Assembly (NCBI GenBank): GCA_964016885.1
Contig: OZ024745.1
Coordinates: 133,362,001-133,426,000, forward strand
Reading direction: 5' to 3'
Source: Eledone cirrhosa
Taxonomy: Eukaryota
DNA length: 64,000 nt
Under the pieces are notes generated by a model. It did no database searches and had not been told where the DNA came from. It was given only the letters and a program-made list of their open reading frames with translations. Below, in pieces: positions 55,154 through 64,000 of the stretch (position 1 is the first letter of the stretch; each line of letters opens with the position of its first letter). The translations under genes were made by a program, and so were the position numbers.

Positions 55154-55709
55154 TTTTGTGTATGCGTATGTGAATGTGTGTGCATGTATATATACATATA
55201 TATCTATGTATGTATACAGTTATCAATTATGAGATGGTGTAGAAAAGATATGCTTCCAGTCAAACAGGCAAAAACACGAATCGATACATAGACAGGCATG
55301 TACGACAAAGAAAGAAAGATTGCTATATGCATATCTAGAGATTAGTGAAGAAAACATATTTATCGACATCAGCGTTTTCAAATTGTAAAAATGATCAACC
55401 TGTAATATATATATATATATATTGTTTTTTGTTGACTAAAAATCGATGTTTAAAAATGGTGGTGAAAACTACTTTAAAGAGGTTTTTCATTAACATAATA
55501 TAGTAGAAACTTATATATTGACTCTTTTCTAACATAGGAATATCGGAACCACTATTGACAATGTAAATATTCTTTTGAAGAATTGAAAATGGCTCTACCT
55601 CTGATTTGTCTGTATATTATATTTGTTCGGTTGGTTTAAGTTTGGTGACTTCAATAAAACATCTTCGAAATAATGCTTTCTTTCATTTATAGCCGTGGGG
55701 AAATACATT

Positions 55710-56123
55710 ATAATTGCTTCTACTTTTGGCACAAGGCCAGCAATTATTCTAGTGTATTACTGGTACTTTATTTTATCGACCCCGTAAGGACGAAAGGCGA
55801 AGTTAACCCCAGCGGGATTTGAACTCAGACCATAAAGGGTCGTAGCTCTGTGCTGCAAAGCATGGCGTTCGACCCTCTACCGATACTGCCAATCCACCGC
55901 TGGAAATGCATTATAATTGTTTCTACTTTTGGCACAAGGCCAGCAATTACCCAGTACACTACTGGTACTTTATTTTATCGACCCCGTAAGGATGAGGTCG
56001 ATAAAATAAAGTACCAGTAATGTACTGGGTAATTGCTAGCCTTGTGCCATAAGTAGAAACAATTATTATGCATTTCCAGCTGTGGATTGGCAGTATCGGT
56101 AGAGGGTCTGACGCCATGCTTTG
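55710..56123. mobile_element. SINE tandem/fold-back cluster
   Basis: full minus copy, partial minus copy, then inverted copy; ggaaat(a/g)cat(t/a)ataat at 55699, 55902, 56126. Confidence 0.85.
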
Positions 56124-57019
56124 TCGGAAATGCATAATAATGAAGGCACGGATGAGTTTACTTCATTACAACTCTGGGTTTCATTAAAGATTATTCTCTG
56201 TTGATTAAAAATAAAACAGTACAGCATCGATAAAATACTATGGATAGGAATAATGCAGATTGGTTTCTTAGGGTTTCCCTCTCTAATACCACCCCTATCA
56301 CATGCTTCATGAATTCCTCACTAAATTATATCATATAACGATATCAGTAGATATGCTTTAGTGATATTTAGTTAGTTTGTTACAACAACTGATATCATTC
56401 AGAGTTCTGAGGTTTGATAACATGGATTTGATGAGTATTCTGTTAAAAATTCAGTGGTACAATTTTCGTTGTTAGGGAATGCTATCTGTTATTTCCAAGA
56501 TTGTTTTTTTATCTAGGGGGTTAATATAGCATAACTCTCTAATGAAAAGAAAAAACTGGCTTATCACTATCATTATCGCTGTTTTCTATTCCAGAAATTG
56601 GTACTTTGTGGGATATTGTTTGTAATTTAAATTTAGAGAAAAATGGCTAAAACATCACTATTGTCCAGCTAACAGCTAATGATTAATTGGAAAGCCGTCA
56701 CCTGAACTATCAAGAAAGAGGCGATTGTATTCGTTTCCTGAGAATTTGCTGCTTGAATCATGATTTGATAAAAAATACACGAAAACGTGTTGAATATATT
56801 TTAACGTATTTCTTTGGAAACAATTAATTAGATCTGCAACAATTTTCTTTAAAAATATGAGAAAATGTTGTGGTGCATGCTCGTTTATAATATTTAAACA
56901 GCGGCAGTTTGAAATATCTAAGGCCAAAGAAGACCACAAACCTAGCAGATCTAGAATGACCTAGAGGGGAAAATTGGGAAGAATTGGTGGATAAAGAAGT
57001 CAGAACCTGATATGTAGAA

Positions 57020-57552
57020 GATGATCTTCGACTTGCCCTTGATGGCAAGTGCTGCCAAGTGCTGCATTACTGGAATGAAAATCAGTGCTATGAAAACTGA
57101 GACACTCGTGCACTCTATATGAGAGTGGAGATCCACTGAGGCAGGTAGAGAAGTTCAAGTATTTCAGGGCCGTGTTCACGAGTGATGGAAGCAGGAGGTT
57201 GAATTAAGTGTAATAATTGCTGAAGCTGGTGCAGTAATTTGCCAGCTTCAGCATTCAGTAATCAGAAGCAGTGACCTAGTCGCAAAAATCAAACTCACTA
57301 TCTTCAATGTGGTTGGAATGTCTCAGGAAAGAATCACTGGACAGATTTTACGGCAAAACCAACTGGCAGGAGACCCAGGAGTAGTCCCCTAGCTAGTTGG
57401 TTGAATAATATCCATAATCTTATGTGGACTTGTTCGGGGATCCAGCCGGATTAGCTGGAGATGGTTTCTTCTGACAGGACCCACTGGAAAGAGTGTTTGA
57501 GCACTCTGCCCCACGACCCTCTCAAGAAGAAGAAGAAGAAGAAGAAGAAGAA
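57020..57552 (+). mobile_element. internally deleted RTE-clade fragment
   Basis: QVEKFKY..VFTSDG; KPTGRRPR-like segment; (GAA)n tail. Confidence 0.65.
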
Positions 57553-58337
57553 CTATTTTATTTGACATAGTTTGAGGCCTTGACACAGTGGATCTTTATA
57601 AAATGCTCAGTGTGCTATTTCCAGTTTCCTGGTATGGACAATCAAGATAAACCTGAAATGTTTTCTGTAGGAAATATCAATAGACTCCAGTATATTGATA
57701 TAAAATTGCGTTCATCTTATTAACAACGCTGCTATCAGAATCAATATTGTAGTGAACTAATTTAGAGTCCTATGGATTATTTAGATATATTAACACGTTG
57801 GCTTTATTGATAATATTTTTCCTTCACCAAAATAAGAGGCCAACTTCTAAGTAATTTGATATGAATCCAGGTATGAAATAACGAGCCTTCACACACATTA
57901 AGAAGAACAAAATTAGAAATATTGCATAAATAAATTACGCTTGTATCACAGGTTATACAAGCAAATTAGATACATACAAGTGTGCGATATTACATTTGCA
58001 GTGAAATTAATTAATGTTGATGGTAGTTATATATACCCTTATGAAGTAAATGAATCGAATGACAGTTTTACCCAACGTTTGGAATATTACGAGTCGTCAA
58101 ATTGCCTTTCAGATCTTCAGATTCTCAGGTCCATCAGCATGCGCTAATATAGAAATTTCTTTGATATATTGCATACCACAAGTAGCGACTTAGCTTTTAT
58201 TATTATTCCGAAAATGTATTTTTCCTAAAAGTAAAACAAGTCAAGTCTAGCAACCGAATATTCCTAGAACCTTATGTTTCCGGCACCCAACAACACACAC
58301 ACACATACGAACACTCACATGCATACACACACACACG

Positions 58338-58413
<76 letters not shown>

Positions 58414-59839
58414 TGTATATATATATATATATACTAGCTACAGTACCCGGTAATTCCTGGGAAAGGTGGGGTTATTCGCAGTTTCCAGATTGCATGAAAA
58501 TGGTAGCCACCCTGGGTACCCATACTGGATTTTCAATTGCAACCTTTGCTAGGTATGTTTATAGCAGATCAATTTTTTTGTGTGGAACTATCAATAAGTC
58601 ATAAGTCCTTCTACCATCCAGCTTTCTTCATTCAGACTGAATAGGCCGGGAAGTTTGAGCCCGAAGAGTATTGAACTTATTCAACAAACTTATGTATAAG
58701 AATAGCAATATTACTGCATTGGCGCTTAAGAACACACACAGAACAATTAAGTAAATTATAACCATGTGAACATATCCAGGTACTGTTCAAGCACGCTGCA
58801 TATCACCGTTTGTAAAGCCCTTCGTATGACTGAAGCAATTCAATAAAACCATCCCGTATTCCCTCTATAGTAAACATACTCGTAGAAAACACACCATAAT
58901 AAGTTGGATAAACAATCAGAAGTGTTGGCCCTAAAGAGGGTCTTGCAATGTTCACTGTTGCAAAGTGTCAATAATGAGGGTGAAGTTACATGTTCTTAAT
59001 TTGTGTTAATCTTCTCACGATCCGACACCTCGAAATATCTACAAAATAAACTCTACTCTCAAAGATAGCAAGTTACAATTAACAAATACAAATATATATA
59101 ACACCGAATATGAATAAACGAAATTAATTTTAACGTGTTAACTTACACTTCCGGAGTAAACAGACCCACCTGCGCACCACCTTGAGTGCTCTACCCTGCA
59201 TACTTAAGTGTCATTAAGTAATCAACATATACTAAAATGTTACCTTTTCTACGGAAATAATTAACATATTTATATGTCCTTGCAGACGTTTTCCGTGATC
59301 TCACCAAATCAAGTGAATTCTGGATATTAGTAGGTTTTATATTCTCCTCTCGTTCTCCGAAGTAATTTGTCCATCTGCATCTACTGATAGCTGTCTCTTT
59401 CCAAACCTTCAGTGTAAATCCATGATATCTTGTTGCACCCCACATATTTGTCTGATACAGCCCTGCCTAGATGGAGCGTTAAAGTAGACTTCACCTTTAA
59501 GTGTATTTATGTGTTTGCTTCTCTTTGCACGGCGTCTTTGAGACAATCTCTGTGTGTACGCACGTTTCAGTGAGGTTGAGTGTGAGTCTGTTTAATTTGA
59601 TGCTCAATACACTCATTGAATTTCGTGTTTTTGCTGTTTAGCACAAGTAAATATGTTCCAATTATGACAAGCATATCATTTCGTCTGTCCAGACGTAAAA
59701 TATCAAATGACCTTTATTAAAGTCTCTGTTGTGTGCTTAGAGTGAGGTGTCACTATTGCTATGTTGAGATCTCTCTTTTTCTCTGTTTCCTTTTTCTTGC
59801 TCTATCTGTGTGTATGTCTCAATGTCTCATTTTCTCACT

Positions 59840-59945
<106 letters not shown>

Positions 59946-61254
59946 TTCCTCCCTCTCTCTCTACCACATTTCTATGTTATACAAACTTTCTCTGATACAA
60001 ATATTTTCAACGGATATGAAATATTAGCAACGTATCACAGGATCATAGGTTTCTATGCCCCGTATATTATTTTGAAATTAGTTCAGCGTATAACATCAGG
60101 ATTGGTAAAATCGCTCAAATCAAATATACAGTACATTATAGATGACATAGTGTACTTATGGAGAGGACATAAACATGGGGATAGATAATATTAATGCAAT
60201 AAATTAGACGAAAATGGAAATGTAGCAATCAAAGAAGGAATTAGTTTAGAGAAATGTAAAGAAGGACAAAAATCTGGAAAATGTTTTGTAACCTTTGCTA
60301 CACAGTAGAGTGCATTAAAGTCTAGGATGAGAACTTTTTAAGAATTTACATCAGTTGGGTTGCAAAGACACCATGAAAATATTATCAGATAATTTAATCC
60401 CGATGTTCATGATAACCATGTAGATATATTCTCCTATATAAATAGCTGAGGAAGAATTTAAATTGAAGGTTGTAGGTTTCAGAGGATGTCTCTTGCGATT
60501 TAAGTGGCAGTTGGGCGAGCATTACGGACAGATAATTTAAAATTGTCTAAATACATTCTACCGTATTACCAACGAAGGGTTTTCTCTTAAATTGCTCGTC
60601 CTACTAGAAATAGTGGTGATTTCTCCATCAAATTATGCGACTGGCCATAATATTATACTACATCAGAATATATGACATTATCATCAAGTTAATTTTCTAT
60701 TTTCTTTCTTTTTTAATTTCCGATATTTCATAGGCATATGCAAAACGTTGGTGGGAGTGCAAAACATTGGTGGGAGTGCAAACGCGATTAGATGTTGCCA
60801 AGATTCAAGTAAAATTGATTAATAAAACTTGTTTTGAATTCTTTAAAAGAATATAATTAAATATTGATTAGAAATATATATAAAATTGAATATCAAATTA
60901 ATGCAACGAAGAATTGCTAAGGAATATAATTTCCTATAATTTCCTACATCTGACAACATTAGATCAGAAAGAATATGATGTAAGAATCAACGAATAAAAT
61001 AATATATTATGTTATGTCAACGGGAATTCAAATTATGTTTAACACCTGGAGATACTTTAAATAATGTTAAAGGAAAGGAATATCTAAGTACATAAATAAG
61101 AAAACAAGAACGCATAAAACTGTTCTATTTTAGAAAGGTCTGGCACTCCAATTGATAAATTATCATTATTATTTGAAACTTTCTTTGAATTCTGCTTCTT
61201 TCCCAAATCATACCGAGTTGTCAAGGTGGCACCTGCGGCAACATTCCATAATAA

Positions 61255-61405
61255 ACACATTTTAGAATCAATTGTCACAAATAGTTCGATAATACACATA
61301 TTTACAATCAATTGTCACAAATATTTCGATGATACACACATTTTACAATCAATTGTCACAAATATTTCGATAATACACACATTTTACAATCAAATGTCAC
61401 AAATA
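61255..61405. repeat. ~41-bp tandem repeat, ~3.5 copies
   Basis: acacattttacaatcaattgtcacaaatatttcgataatac. Confidence 0.85.
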
Positions 61406-61451
61406 ATTCCACAAGGACACAAAAAAAACAGTAAATGTCTTTGTAAAAGTT

Positions 61452-62000
61452 TTAAATTGATAATGCCCTTCGTAGGATATAGGCAGTGCCAGACAGCACT
61501 GCTTTCTGTACCTCTTGCAGCGATGGCTTAACAGGTATCTGGTCCAAATATTTTTCAGTTCCCCTTTTCATCCTTCTAAATGCGCCGACTATCACTTGTA
61601 TCGTACAGGCTTTAAAATACCACATTTTCTCAATTCCAATTATCAGATCTTTATAATTACTGAGCTTTCCAAACACTCACGAGATGTTGCGATCTGGTGG
61701 AATGCTCATGTCAATTAAGAAACATGTTTTCTCTTTATGGTCCTTTCAAAATGATATCAGGTCTTTTGACCTTGATTGTTCTGTCAGTATTCCCAGGGAA
61801 ATCATATAGGACTGTCATGTTCTTGCTTCATGTTATTACATCTGGGTGATGGTTGTATCATTTTCCCTCCGTTTCAAGACCATAAAATATGCATGTTACC
61901 CAGTGTAAGTATGGCCTCCACTTTATCAGGACTGGTTTTATATTCCTGGGGAACTAATATCTTGTACCCTGAAACCAAGTGACCAATGGTCACAACTTGC
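61452..62000 (-). mobile_element. decayed R4/Dong 3' fragment
   Basis: KLSNYKDL..IEKMW..VIVGA..VQKAVLSGTAYILRRALSI. Confidence 0.8.
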
Positions 62001-62011
62001 TCATCACAGAG

Positions 62012-62200
62012 TCGGCCAGTATCAGTAGAGGGTCGGACACCATGCTTTACATCATAGAGTTACGGCCCTTGCCATTCTGAGTTCAAATCCCGCCGAGGTT
62101 ACCTTTGCCTTTCATCCTTACGGCGTCGATAAAATAAAGTACCAGTAACGTACTGGATAATTGCTGACCTTGTGGCAAAAGTAGAAACAATTATTATTAT
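62012..62200 (+). mobile_element. SINE, near-full copy
   Basis: B box, central domain, tail followed by (ATT)n. Confidence 0.85.
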
Positions 62201-62264
62201 TAGGCTTGGCAGCCAAAGCTTAAAATGTGCTACCTTACTGCTGCTGCTACTACTACTGCTGCTG

Positions 62265-62318
<54 letters not shown>

Positions 62319-62924
62319 ATACTAATACTACTACAGACATTAACAGTATCAACACTTCCATCACAAAATGAAAACAATATAAATCTTTCTATTTTATTCT
62401 CCAATATTCAGCAGAAAAAACAACTGTAGTGTAAACACAATCACCACCACTTCCACTACGACAGCAGCAACAACAACCACAATATCAGTGACAATATAAA
62501 CATAAACAAAGAGAGCACTAACAAAAACAACTGCAACAAAAACAACTAAACAACAACAACAAAAACAACCAAACAACAACAACAAAAACAACCAAACAAC
62601 AACAACAACAACAACAACGGGAATAATTAATAACAGCAGCAACACAGCAAAACGAACGACACAGAAAGATCAGCAACAATAGCAACACAATTACTGCTGC
62701 TGCTAAGAAAAGACCATGTTTACACATGTTTTCACAATGTTTGGCCCAGGCATGGAAGATAATCGTCCGGCTGAGGCTACGGAGGCGGTGGAGGGCAGAA
62801 TAATTACTTACAGATGTATTTAGGTGCATCCCACTGCAAACGCCAGGTATACCAATACACGGCACCCAATGATCAGATATGATGATCACATTGGATAAGA
62901 GTATCAATAGGATCACAAGAAATA

Positions 62925-63325
62925 CATAGTGTAACATATATCCTACATATTACAGATACAATTATGGTATATATGTGCTTCAAAGTGTAACGTATATCCT
63001 ACCTGTTATATATACAATTATGGTATACCTGTGCTACATAGTGTAACGTATATCCAACATATTTTAGATACAATTATGGTATATACGTGCTACATACTGT
63101 AATGTATATAGATACAATTATTGTATATCTTTTCAGCATAGTGTAACGTATATCCTACATATTATAGATATAACTATGGTATATCTGTGGTATCAAGTGT
63201 AACGTAAATCCTACGTATTTTAGATACAATTATGGTATATCTGTGCTACATACTATAACATATATCCTCTCTATTATACATACAATTATGGTATATCTGT
63301 GCTACAAGGTGTAACGTATATCCTA
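62925..63325. repeat. ~57-bp minisatellite, ~7 copies
   Basis: gtgtaacgtatatcctacatattatagatacaattatggtatatctgtgctaca-like units. Confidence 0.9.
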
Positions 63326-64000
63326 GTAAAATAGAACATCTCCTTTTCCTCTAGTCAAGTGATAACCAATCTTTACATTTGTATTAAGGAAAAAAACAAT
63401 AGATAAAAAAAAGAAGCACTGCATGTTGTTGTTTTATGGGAAGATGGTGCCAATAATACCGTAGTTAAAGCCATTTCTTGGAATGGTTTCAATAATGGTT
63501 TCGCTGCCACACCAGCCTGAAAGGTGCTTGATTGGTTGCATGTCTACTGAGGATGTATCATTTACCTTAATAAATATGCTAATGGGGGAAATTAAACAAG
63601 ACATCTCTTCTGTTCTCTTCGACAAAATGGAAGTTTTAAACACATTACGGGACACAAAATAGGATATATATTTTTTCTTTAAATACTTTATTTTTAGAAC
63701 GATTGTTTCAACGAAGCGAAAATTATTCCATATATTCAATAATTTTGATATGAAATGTTGTCAAAATGGACCACACACGCATTACTAGAAGAAAGGATGT
63801 ATATAATAAGAAAAGAAATGGTCTTCTGAAAGTACTATAATTGTTGGGGGTGAGACGTGGATTGAAATTATGCGAATTGATAAAAGACAATTTTTTTTAA
63901 AAGAATTATGGAAATAGTTTTAAAGAGAACTAATCTATGTTATGGGTGAGACGATAGAGAATAGGCAGAGACGAAATATTCTTATATACGCAAATACGTC

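Overview
AT-rich, microsatellite-dense eukaryotic non-coding DNA with no convincing host gene. The tRNA-derived SINE resembles octopus SINE families, suggesting an octopod cephalopod (inference). The first ~30 kb is a nested pile of non-LTR retrotransposons: two near-full-length R4/Dong-type LINEs plus 3' fragments in (TAA)n tracts, one full-length and one truncated Tx1-clade LINE, and internally deleted RTE elements. Penelope-like element (PLE) remnants (Neptune-type, Naiad-type, a decayed RT) and short PLE-terminus-like elements, mostly in (TA)n tracts, are scattered throughout. Main signals: (1) about ten type I hammerhead ribozyme motifs, including one near-canonical GUC-cleaving ribozyme, two U3-A8 compensatory variants and several position-4 variants, often inside near-perfect fold-back palindromes; (2) a SINE sharing its 3' tail and ATT target with the Tx1 LINE, plus apparent chimeras of a Tx1-like 5' end and the SINE tail; (3) a 1.9-kb 39-bp array next to a hammerhead-bearing terminus. 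All calls were made by eye; no searches or folding were run.
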